Shown here one piece after another: positions 1-8,640 of a stretch of DNA of 49,304 nt. This stretch comes from Planctomycetota bacterium. GTDB taxonomy: Bacteria; Planctomycetota; Planctomycetia; Pirellulales; UBA7805. The notes under the pieces are model-generated. The model saw only the letters and a program-made list of their open reading frames with translations. It made no database searches and was not told where the DNA came from. Numbering within the stretch: the stretch's first letter is position 1; each line of letters opens with the position of its first letter. Position numbers and translations under genes: made by a program. The stretch spans positions 1-49,304 of the forward strand of contig JAYYJN010000109.1 of the NCBI GenBank assembly GCA_036146215.1. The letters are read 5' to 3'.

Positions 1-770
1 CCATCTTGTTTGATGGCTAAATTTGCGATGACACTGATCAGATCGGCGTTACCACAACGTTCCCCGAAACCATTAATAGTACCTTGAACTTGTACCGCCC
101 CCGCTTCAACTGCGGCCAAAGAATTTGCTACCGCTAGCTCACAATCGTTATGACAATGGATGCCGGCGGGGACATCAATTTCGTTAATGGCTTTTGCCGT
201 AATCTCTTTAACCTCCCATGGCATTGTGCCACCATTGGTGTCGCAGAAAACAACCATGTCAGCTCCAGAACCAATGGCACTTTGGATTGTCTCCAAGGCG
301 TAGGTGGAATTAGATTTCCATCCGTCGAAGAAGTGTTCCGCGTCGTAGATGACTTCTCTGCCCTGCGATTTAAGAAACGCAATGGTCGAGGAAATCATTT
401 CTAAGTTTTCGTCGCCGGTTACACGAAGGACCTCAGCAACGTGAAAGTCGGATGTTTTTCCGACGATCGTTATTACCCCGGCCGCACTGTCCAGCAGGGC
501 CTGCATGCCCGGGTCATCTTCCGGGAGCATGCCCTTGCGATGCGTCATTCCAAAGGCTGTTACTTTGGTGGTTCCTAGATCTGTCTGTGAAACCTGACGG
601 AAATATTCGGCATCCTTTTCGTTTGAAAGCGGATATCCCCCTTCGACATAATCGAAACCGAGATTAGCCAGTTTTTCGGTGATTAAGATTTTATCCTGAA
701 GTGAAAAATTTATTCCTTCGCCTTGGCTGCCATCGCGAAGAGTCGTATCGTAGATCTGAATGGTTTTCAT
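1..770 (-). CDS. cimA: Citramalate synthase (LeuA/CimA family), 3' part outside the window
   Basis: Not in the ORF track because it runs off the edge. Manual translation from ATG at 770: MKTIQIYDTTLRDGSQGEGINFSLQDK...YDAEHFFDG...CDTNGG...GIHCHNDC...QVQGTINGFGERCGNADL. DRE-TIM motifs with the DAEHFFDG signature of Geobacter-type CimA. Confidence 0.9.
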   Translation of the reverse strand, partial: MKTIQIYDTTLRDGSQGEGINFSLQDKILITEKLANLGFDYVEGGYPLSNEKDAEYFRQVSQTDLGTTKVTAFGMTHRKGMLPEDDPGMQALLDSAAGVITIVGKTSDFHVAEVLRVTGDENLEMISSTIAFLKSQGREVIYDAEHFFDGWKSNSTYALETIQSAIGSGADMVVFCDTNGGTMPWEVKEITAKAINEIDVPAGIHCHNDCELAVANSLAAVEAGAVQVQGTINGFGERCGNADLISVIANLAIKQD

Positions 771-780
771 AATGATTATG

Positions 781-812
781 AAAAAACCCTGAGGCAAAAA
801 CACCTCAGGGTT
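781..812 (-). terminator. Intrinsic terminator-like hairpin in the cimA leader (possible attenuator)
   Basis: Perfect 10-bp inverted repeat AACCCTGAGG (785-794) / CCTCAGGGTT (803-812), ending in a T6 run on the minus strand about 10 nt before the cimA ATG. Confidence 0.75.
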
Positions 813-936
813 CTATGAATCGATCGATGGAACGTATTGTCTGTCTCGCTCGTTCGCTTTGGCTGATCAGTCTTCAATCGCTTCAATGGAAAGACAGAAA
901 AAGCCGCCGGAGAATGTTAGCAATATCTCTTTTCTC

Positions 937-965
937 AGAATAAAAATGGTGGGGAGAGGTGTCAA
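937..965 (-). promoter_or_regulatory. Sigma70-type promoter for the cimA leader
   Basis: Minus strand reads TTGACA (965-960), a 17-nt spacer, then TATTCT (942-937). Confidence 0.65.
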
Positions 966-1004
966 TCGGGTGAGAGGGAAAGATGGCCAAAAACTCGTGA
1001 CTTT

Positions 1005-3932
1005 TTACACTTTTTCCTCTTCAAAGGAATCCTTCGCTTCACCTACATTGGTATCCCATTCCTCGTCCTCGTGTTCGTCCTCCTCCCACTCACTGTCATC
1101 AGATTCATCTTCTTCGCAGTCCTCTTCATATTCGTACTCGTACTCGTACTCTTCATCCTCGGTGTCTGCCTCAGCCTCTTCATCGGCAGCGATTTCGTCT
1201 TCTTCTAACTCTTCTTCTTCATCCTGGGCGACATCATCTTCTACTTCATCTTCCTCGATCTCGTCATACTCAACATTATCTACTTCTTCGTCCTCGGCTT
1301 CCTCTTCATAATCTACGTCTTCATATTCTCCGTCTTCATATTCGGCATCTTCCTCCTCTTGGCACTCTCCTTCAATCACATCAGTACTGTCACGTAGTTC
1401 GGCATACTCGGTCAGATCTTCTTCAATGGAATCTACTGGTGTCGATTCCTCTAGTTGGATCGACGCATCGCATTCGCCACTGCTCATTGCCGCCCATTGA
1501 TCAGCCGTTACCAAAACCTCTCGCGCCTGGGATCCATTGTAGGGTCCCACGATGCCGTCTTCAGCCATAAAGTCCACAAGCCGAGCTGCGCGACCGTAAC
1601 CAATGCCCAGGCACCGCTGCAGGAGTGAAACACTGCCTCGTCCCTCTCCGATGACAACATCGACAGCAGACTCGTATAGCGCATCCTTATTTTTATTATC
1701 TGACGCGGCAGATTCTTCTGCATTCGCCGGTTGAAGTTTGACAAGTTCTTGCACAAATTGTGGGTCATTGGTCGCGACACTATCGACAACCTTTGTAATT
1801 TCATCATCTGAGAGAAATGTCCCTTGGCCTCGCAAGAGCGTGCTGGTGCCCGGCCAGAGAAATAACATATCGCCATTTCCCAAAAGTTTATCGGCACCCA
1901 TTTCGTCCAATACGACACGACTGTCGGTGCGGCTGGCGACTTGAAATGCGATTCGGGCAGGTAGATTGGATTTAATTAGACCAGTAATCACATCTACTGT
2001 CGGTTTTTGGGTTGCAAGCACAAGGTGGATACCAACAGCGCGACTTTTCTGCGCCAGTCGGATAATGTGTCCTTCGACCTCTTTAGCCGCAGTCATCATC
2101 AAATCGGCCATTTCGTCCGCAATAATGACAACATATGGAAGATGCCGAGGAATATTGTCTCTCTCTTCATCTGTTTCTGGCTGGATCCGATCGAGTAGTT
2201 CTTGTTCACCGAGTTGATTGTAGGAACTGACATGCCGCACTCCCGCCTTGGCTAAGAGGGTATATCGTTCCTCCATTTTATCCACCGCCCATGCCAGAAT
2301 CGCTTCGGCCTTTTTCATATCCGTCACCACCGGATGCATCAGGTGGGGAAGTTTTTTGTAAGGACTCAATTCCACCATCTTAGGATCAATCATCAGCATC
2401 TTCACTTCATCCGGTCTTCTTGTCATGACCATGGAAGTGATGATGGAATTGAGACAAACACTTTTTCCGGTTCCAGTACGACCTGCGATTAACAAGTGAG
2501 GCAGGGTTGCCAGATCAACCGTAGTGGATTTCCCTGATACATCCTTACCAAGAAATACAGGGATCTTCATTTTCTGCCATTTATTGTGGTCTTCCTCCAT
2601 TACTTCTCGGAGTCGCACCATTGAACGAGTCGTATTCGGAATCTCAATGCCCACCGTATTTTTTCCCGGGATTGGTGCGACAATCCGTACACTCGGTACC
2701 CGCAATGCGATCGCAATATCATCCGCCAGATTTGTAATCTTCGCCAAGCGTAGCCCGGCTTCCAATTCAACCTCATATTGTGCAATTACAGGGCCTGTTT
2801 CTATTTCAACCACACGTACATTGAATCCAAAGTCAGCAAATGTTTTTTCAAGCGTTTTGGCTTTACGCCGCACCTCTTTTTCATGAGTGTCATACTCCAT
2901 TTGATCTGAGGGCAACAGCAAATCAACACTTGGTAACTGATAGTTTTCCAGACTGCTTTCCTGACTTGCCGCCTCAAGTGATTCGATCATCACGTCGCGC
3001 TCGTTAGGTGTCGCTGGCTTTTTTATCCGCAGAGCAGACGCCAGACGCCGCTTTCGTTCGCTTCGACGTGGGAGCTGCGGGGTAGGCGCATCCTCCTCCT
3101 CTTCGTCCTCATATTCTCCTACTTCTTCCGGATATTCTTCATCTTCTTCCTCATACTCGTACTCGTCTTCCTCTTCATACTCATCTTCCTCGTATTCGTC
3201 CTCCGGTGGTTTTTTGCCATGTTGCTTTCTCCCTCGGATGCGTACCTGCAGTTCTTCATCTTCTTCCTCTTCGTATTCTTCTGCATCTTCCATCGGGGTC
3301 TTTTTAGTAACTTTTGCCTTCGATGAATCGTCTGAAGAGATGCCGCGAAAGAGATGTTGCCCTCCGCGGGAAAGGTGTGAAATGCCAAAAATCGCAACGC
3401 GGAACACGACGTAGTCGGTACACATCACCAAGCCCGCAAGAAAAATACTCACGGCCAATATATAGGCACCAATTGCGGCGAAATGTAAGAGCAAAAGCTC
3501 ACTACCAACCGCCCCCAACAGACCTCCCGCACCCAATTCTGGGCCCGTCCAAAGCGGAGGCAATAGATGTGTCATCGACAAACTGATAAGCGTTGTGAAA
3601 CCGACCAAAGAAATGAGCCAGCCAGAAAATCGTATCCAACGCTGATCAATTGCTTTTCGTCTTAGCAGGAAAAAATCTAAAATTGCCAAGGAAATTACCA
3701 AGTAATAGCAACCGACCCCCGAGAAACGAAGCAGTAGATCTGCGATCCACGCTCCAACGAAGCCACACAAATTGGAAGTCTGACCACCAGAGGGATAGAC
3801 CAGGGCCCCGGCGGCATTACTCAATGATGGATCTGAGCGGTCGTATGAAACGACTGCAAGGGCCAAAAAGACAACAAGTGCCAATAGACCCAGTGCAAAC
3901 AGGTCTTGTTTGATATTGCGATTTTCGAACAT
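1005..3932 (-). CDS. ftsK: DNA translocase FtsK with acidic linker and acidic C-terminal tail
   Basis: N-terminal TM domain, PHLLIAGRTGTGKS Walker A, MIDPKMVEL, IIADEMADLMM, LATQKP, gamma domain SVSLLQRCLGIGYGRAARL. Start moved to ATG 3932 (MFENRNIKQD). Confidence 0.95.
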   Translation of the reverse strand: MFENRNIKQDLFALGLLALVVFLALAVVSYDRSDPSLSNAAGALVYPSGGQTSNLCGFVGAWIADLLLRFSGVGCYYLVISLAILDFFLLRRKAIDQRWIRFSGWLISLVGFTTLISLSMTHLLPPLWTGPELGAGGLLGAVGSELLLLHFAAIGAYILAVSIFLAGLVMCTDYVVFRVAIFGISHLSRGGQHLFRGISSDDSSKAKVTKKTPMEDAEEYEEEEDEELQVRIRGRKQHGKKPPEDEYEEDEYEEEDEYEYEEEDEEYPEEVGEYEDEEEEDAPTPQLPRRSERKRRLASALRIKKPATPNERDVMIESLEAASQESSLENYQLPSVDLLLPSDQMEYDTHEKEVRRKAKTLEKTFADFGFNVRVVEIETGPVIAQYEVELEAGLRLAKITNLADDIAIALRVPSVRIVAPIPGKNTVGIEIPNTTRSMVRLREVMEEDHNKWQKMKIPVFLGKDVSGKSTTVDLATLPHLLIAGRTGTGKSVCLNSIITSMVMTRRPDEVKMLMIDPKMVELSPYKKLPHLMHPVVTDMKKAEAILAWAVDKMEERYTLLAKAGVRHVSSYNQLGEQELLDRIQPETDEERDNIPRHLPYVVIIADEMADLMMTAAKEVEGHIIRLAQKSRAVGIHLVLATQKPTVDVITGLIKSNLPARIAFQVASRTDSRVVLDEMGADKLLGNGDMLFLWPGTSTLLRGQGTFLSDDEITKVVDSVATNDPQFVQELVKLQPANAEESAASDNKNKDALYESAVDVVIGEGRGSVSLLQRCLGIGYGRAARLVDFMAEDGIVGPYNGSQAREVLVTADQWAAMSSGECDASIQLEESTPVDSIEEDLTEYAELRDSTDVIEGECQEEEDAEYEDGEYEDVDYEEEAEDEEVDNVEYDEIEEDEVEDDVAQDEEEELEEDEIAADEEAEADTEDEEYEYEYEYEEDCEEDESDDSEWEEDEHEDEEWDTNVGEAKDSFEEEKV

Positions 3933-4242
3933 AGACGCGGTTGCCAGATAATCTAAACTGCAGCCGCTGACGCGGCCCAACGTTAATCAGGGGCGCGTCC
4001 ATGCCCAACTCGCTTCCAAATGTTGGTTGCTTATCGACATTATTGATCGATCCATCCGCTGTCTCGATCGTCGGCTCCATTGAAGCCAGAAATCAGTGTG
4101 CATGTCGCAAGCTCACCGGAAGAAGTCTAGCATTGCTTCGGGAAGAGGCTATTTATTTTAAGCTGCGACAGAAAAGAAGGGGAAGAAATCCACATATCAT
4201 TTGACGATTGTACGGAATTCGTAAAATCTTCAGCCGTTAAGG

Positions 4243-5151
4243 TTAAACCTTGTCGCTTGTCTCGGTTTTAGTGGCAGGTTGTATAAACACTTTATGGGGT
4301 ATCCACTGGGATGAGTCTGCCTTTTGAAGGATGGCGACCAGGTGGCTGTCAAAAAATGCGGCAACCTTTTCGGATTGGAGAGACGAGGTAAGGTGAAATG
4401 GGATCGATATTTTTCGACCGTGACTTATATCTTCTAACTGGTCGCTCGATAGATCCACATGCTCAAGATGATTCACCGCAAACTCCGGTGAAATAAGCAG
4501 TTTAGAAATAGAGGCTTTATCTAACCGTTCGAGGGGATGAGATTCCGAAATTTTAAAATCTCCGATCGCTGTGCGACAAAGTGATTTCATCACTGCAGAG
4601 GTCTTCAAGCGAGTTGCTAAATCACGTCCGATTGCTCGGACATAAGTCCCCCCACTGCAGGTGATCTCGAGTGTCAATTCTGGGTATGCAAAATTCACGA
4701 GCGAAATCGCATAAATCGTAACCTCTCGGGGCGGAATCACAATTTGCTTGCCGCTGCGGGCAACGTTATACGCCCGACGACCTTGGACTTTGATTGCCGA
4801 ATATTGAGGGGGTTGCTGCATTAAATTTCCATGAAAATATTTTAACGCTTGCTGCACCGCATCAATGGATGGAACAGGCGCTCCAGTGACGTGGGAAATG
4901 TCACCTTCGATATCGAGCGTCTCACTAGAACAACCTAGCAAGAATGTTCCTCGGTATGACTTGGGCATTTGTTGTACAAATTCTACCAGTCGCGTCGCTG
5001 AGCCGATTCCCAGCACTAAAACACCAGTCGCAATCGGGTCGAGCGTTCCGCAGTGGCCCACTTTGTGTTGTCCGACAAATCGTCCTATTTGATCGACGAC
5101 AAACCGCGAAGTGACTCCATGCGGTTTGTTGATGCTAATGAATCCGAACAT
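4243..5151 (-). CDS. truB: tRNA pseudouridine(55) synthase
   Basis: INKPHGVTS, KVGHCGTLDPIATGVL, QQPPQYSAIKVQGRRAY, CSGGTYVRAIGRDL. Start moved to ATG 5151 (MFGFISINK), which removes the overlap with the upstream gene. Confidence 0.95.
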   Translation of the reverse strand: MFGFISINKPHGVTSRFVVDQIGRFVGQHKVGHCGTLDPIATGVLVLGIGSATRLVEFVQQMPKSYRGTFLLGCSSETLDIEGDISHVTGAPVPSIDAVQQALKYFHGNLMQQPPQYSAIKVQGRRAYNVARSGKQIVIPPREVTIYAISLVNFAYPELTLEITCSGGTYVRAIGRDLATRLKTSAVMKSLCRTAIGDFKISESHPLERLDKASISKLLISPEFAVNHLEHVDLSSDQLEDISHGRKISIPFHLTSSLQSEKVAAFFDSHLVAILQKADSSQWIPHKVFIQPATKTETSDKV

Positions 5152-5179
5152 CGTTTGAGAGTTATTTTGAATGGCTAAG

Positions 5180-6700
5180 TTATTCTGGAGGACGCACATT
5201 AAAACTATAAAGAGCCTGCACGTCTTCTGTTGATGCATTCTGGAGGTTTTCACAACGGGACATTATGGCTTGAGGTTCATTCGAACCCCGAGAAGCAAGG
5301 GAATTTATTTTGACTCGCAAAATATCTTTCGTTACTAGAAAATCACTCCTCGAGTGGCCTAAGGGATACATTATTAACCCACTCTCGACCGTTCCCAGTT
5401 CATTATGTTGTAGACGAATGGAAGTCGGGATTCCCTCAGGATATCTTTGATCGTAGGACGGCCCACCATGTAGCACATGTATCTTTGACATGAGTGAACG
5501 GATTGTTCGGTTCTGAATTTGCTCTGTGCTATAATCCTCCGGAAGTAACATCAGATCCTTCCACGATGAGGTTTGTGTGCGGTACGCTTTTTCGAGAATT
5601 GCAGCAATGATAAAAAGCATTGAGTGATCGGCTGTTTGTCGCGTTTGGGGATCTCTTTTTGCAGGATCGCAAATAATGCTGTAGGCCGGTTCGTAAATTG
5701 TGATCTCAATATGGTCTGGAAAAACTCCACTATTCAATAACTGAGGGTATTTTTTTAAAAGTTCAATGATGGCTTGAATTGCGCCAGCAGACTGGTGTTC
5801 ATATAGACCTAATTTGAAATGCATATCGAGTATGGCAAAGTTTTCACCGCTACAGGTAAGCGTAAGATCAAAAGGGCTTTGGTTTTCATGGATTGGGGGT
5901 TGGGAAAGGCAGAAAACCGCCTGACGATTTCTAAAAATATCTGCCGGTCCTGTAAATCCTCGAACCGCCCGATGAAGCGAAATGATCCCCATCTCGGTTG
6001 AAATCGCAGCACTTGACCCCTTGGAATCCGACAATTGCTTGCCTGATCGAATAGCGCGATAGGGTACATAGTGTGCAATCAAAAGTCCCAACGCAGATTC
6101 AATCTGGTATGCGTCTGCGCCCATCATAGCACCATAAACGATTGTGGAGGCAATGGCTCCATGTAGGACGTGATCAATCTTGTAATCTTTAAGACTGAAG
6201 ACCTCGGCGAAACGTCCACGAATTTCATCGATCAACAGCATTCCAAGAGAAGCCCGAAAACCATTCATTCCTCTCGCCTGTGCAGCAGCGATCGCTACAG
6301 GATAAAAATCATTGTGCCCGAACTCTCCGGCAGTTGCATTCTGTTTTGGATTAAAACCAAAGTTCGTTCCATTCGCATCCCACTCTCTAACGGCAGCACA
6401 ATTTGCGAGAATTGCCTTTTCAGTTGAAATCTCTTGTGTGGAGCCAAAACAAAATGATCCTGTGCCTTTTTGTTTGACCGGGTAACTGAGGGCCTCCTCT
6501 CGTAGTACCGTGGGAGCATTTGCACCTAACGCCAATGCGGAAGCGGCGCAACAAACACTATCTAAATGAAAAAGATTAAGTCTCTCAAAGACCGATGCAC
6601 TCGGCGGTGGAAATTTTTCCGCCATAAAATCAATCGCAAATTGGCCAAGTGCTCGTGCTTGATTAGATGAACGGCTGAGCGTGATCGATGCTGCTGTCAT
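5180..6700 (-). CDS. MmgE/PrpD family protein (2-methylcitrate dehydratase-like)
   Basis: VREWDANGT...GHND, KIDHV, IRSGKQLSDSKG, FKLGLYEHQ, PQTRQTADHS, YPLGH match PrpD motifs. Confidence 0.8.
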   Translation of the reverse strand: MTAASITLSRSSNQARALGQFAIDFMAEKFPPPSASVFERLNLFHLDSVCCAASALALGANAPTVLREEALSYPVKQKGTGSFCFGSTQEISTEKAILANCAAVREWDANGTNFGFNPKQNATAGEFGHNDFYPVAIAAAQARGMNGFRASLGMLLIDEIRGRFAEVFSLKDYKIDHVLHGAIASTIVYGAMMGADAYQIESALGLLIAHYVPYRAIRSGKQLSDSKGSSAAISTEMGIISLHRAVRGFTGPADIFRNRQAVFCLSQPPIHENQSPFDLTLTCSGENFAILDMHFKLGLYEHQSAGAIQAIIELLKKYPQLLNSGVFPDHIEITIYEPAYSIICDPAKRDPQTRQTADHSMLFIIAAILEKAYRTQTSSWKDLMLLPEDYSTEQIQNRTIRSLMSKIHVLHGGPSYDQRYPEGIPTSIRLQHNELGTVESGLIMYPLGHSRSDFLVTKDILRVKINSLASRGSNEPQAIMSRCENLQNASTEDVQALYSFNVRPPE

Positions 6701-6852
6701 GAGAGCTTCATAGATCTAAAGGTAGTAAACACGGAAATAAGCGTGCAACACGATGAGATTTTTCCAAAAGAGATTAGAAGCATATCGCGCGCTGAAGTAG
6801 CATAACAGGGCTCCATTTGCAGTCGAAGCCATCAACCTGTTAGGATTTTGTC

Positions 6853-8640
6853 ATGGACTTGACACAACTTGGGCCATATCGCATTGAGAGAGAAATCGGC
6901 CGGGGAGGCATGGGGACCGTCTATACCGCAATTGAAGAAACGACAGGCGAGAAAGTGGCAGTGAAAGTTCTCGCCCCTCTTCTGGCAAACCAGGAAGGGT
7001 TTCGTGATCGATTTGCTGCGGAGATTGAAGCACTCCAAGAACTGGATCACCCGAATATTGTCAGGCTCTTCGGATCTGGGCAACAATCTGGCTGTCTTTA
7101 TTACGCAATGGAATTTGTTGATGGTTGCAGCCTGGAAGATGAGCTTTTCCGACGACGACGGTTTCAGTGGCAAGAGGTATGCCGGATCGGAATTGACCTT
7201 TGCCGGGCATTAAAACTTGCACATGATCACGGAGTTATACACCGAGATATTAAACCAGCGAATCTTCTGTGGTCGAAAGACGCGCAAGTCAAGCTAAGTG
7301 ATTTTGGGATAGCCCGATTATTCGGAAATACGGGTTTTACAAGTGAAGGGGGAGTCCTCGGGACCGCCGAATATATGGCCCCGGAACAGGCGGAAGGAAA
7401 CCGTATAACGCATCACTGCGATCTCTACAGCCTTGGCGGCGTCTTTTACGCAATGCTAGCAGGGCGCCCCCCGTTTCAGAGTAAGTCAATGCTGAAGCTC
7501 CTGCAAATGCAGCGGTTCTCACAGCCGGAAAGCGTTTGTAAGTACGCCCCCGACACACCAAGTGAATTCGATCAAATTATTTTACAACTTCTTGAGAAGG
7601 AACCTAATCAACGATTTCCTAATGCTTTGTTAGTAGCGCGTCGCCTGGAAGCCATGCAAAGGGCCCTTTCGCTCAAAAGCGAAAATGAACAAGCAGGTTC
7701 AACTGCCCGTGTCACGTCCGGATTTGAAATTCATCCGTACAATGCCGATCGCCCAGACGATGAGATTGGTGAGACGATGGATGTGGACTTATTAAAGCCT
7801 GCAGCCAACGAAGTGGCTGGGGGTGGAGATGCGGCGATGGTAAACAGAGGGGAAGCAGAGGATAATAACCTGCAAGCCGTCGAAGATCATTTCACCACGA
7901 CAGAGGAAGCGCTACAAAAAAGAGAATTATCCGAACGTCCAAGGCACCCGTTTATTTCCGCACCAACCTGGTTACTCGCCGGGGCATTGTTGGCGACGGT
8001 GGCACTTGGTTGGTATTTTTTACAGCCTGCCTCAGCCAATTCGCTGTTCGAACGCATAGAAAACGCGGCCCACAGTGACCGGTTGGTTGATGTCCAGCAT
8101 GAGGTCGATCAGTTTCTGAAATATTATCCGAGTGATCCCCGATGGCCGACCGTTTCGCAATATCAAACTGCAATTGAAGCTATCCAATTAAGGGGGCGGG
8201 CTTTACTTCAAGCGCGAATGCTCAATAAACGGTATCGCGATTCACCCATTGGACCGGAATATTTGTCGGCCATCGAATCGGCTGCTTTCGATCCCGAGGC
8301 TGCGGCAAACCATTTGCGTGCCTTGATTTCACTCTATAAGCCGCTAAGCAATGAAAAATTGATTGGTCCTTTTGTTCAAGCTGCTGAGATTCAACTTCCC
8401 TTTTTGGACCAACAGGCTTCTCGGAGGATTCATGTCGAAACGCAATTGATTGAACGCCGACTGGACACAGCGCAGAGCATGATGAAAGATGATCCAGCGC
8501 AAACAAGAAGTATCTGCCAAGCAATATCTTTTCTTTATAAAGATAAAACGTGGGCTGAATCTCTTGTAAAAAAAGCAACGCAACTACTTGAAGAGGCAAA
8601 TAAATCTGATGCCAAAGATGTGATTTCGTCAAGGCAATGA
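6853..8640 (+). CDS. Hanks-type Ser/Thr protein kinase with one TM helix
   Basis: IGRGGMGTVY, VAVK, IHRDIKPANL, DFG, GTAEYMAPE, DLYSLG; TM segment WLLAGALLATVALGWYFL. Confidence 0.95.
   Translation: MDLTQLGPYRIEREIGRGGMGTVYTAIEETTGEKVAVKVLAPLLANQEGFRDRFAAEIEALQELDHPNIVRLFGSGQQSGCLYYAMEFVDGCSLEDELFRRRRFQWQEVCRIGIDLCRALKLAHDHGVIHRDIKPANLLWSKDAQVKLSDFGIARLFGNTGFTSEGGVLGTAEYMAPEQAEGNRITHHCDLYSLGGVFYAMLAGRPPFQSKSMLKLLQMQRFSQPESVCKYAPDTPSEFDQIILQLLEKEPNQRFPNALLVARRLEAMQRALSLKSENEQAGSTARVTSGFEIHPYNADRPDDEIGETMDVDLLKPAANEVAGGGDAAMVNRGEAEDNNLQAVEDHFTTTEEALQKRELSERPRHPFISAPTWLLAGALLATVALGWYFLQPASANSLFERIENAAHSDRLVDVQHEVDQFLKYYPSDPRWPTVSQYQTAIEAIQLRGRALLQARMLNKRYRDSPIGPEYLSAIESAAFDPEAAANHLRALISLYKPLSNEKLIGPFVQAAEIQLPFLDQQASRRIHVETQLIERRLDTAQSMMKDDPAQTRSICQAISFLYKDKTWAESLVKKATQLLEEANKSDAKDVISSRQ

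Noticed and set aside
1131-1152. TACTCG tandem repeat as a possible phase-variation or array element
   Set aside because: The unit is 6 nt and in frame (EY repeats) inside a low-complexity coding tail; there are no spacers.
859-1311. 150-aa Ser-rich ORF on the + strand (and 3214-3414)
   Set aside because: Antisense shadow of the GAA/GAT-rich acidic tracts of ftsK.
3933-4000. GACGCG/CGCGTC alternative pairings in the ftsK leader
   Set aside because: Short GC-rich matches with no recognisable riboswitch core; plausible by chance.
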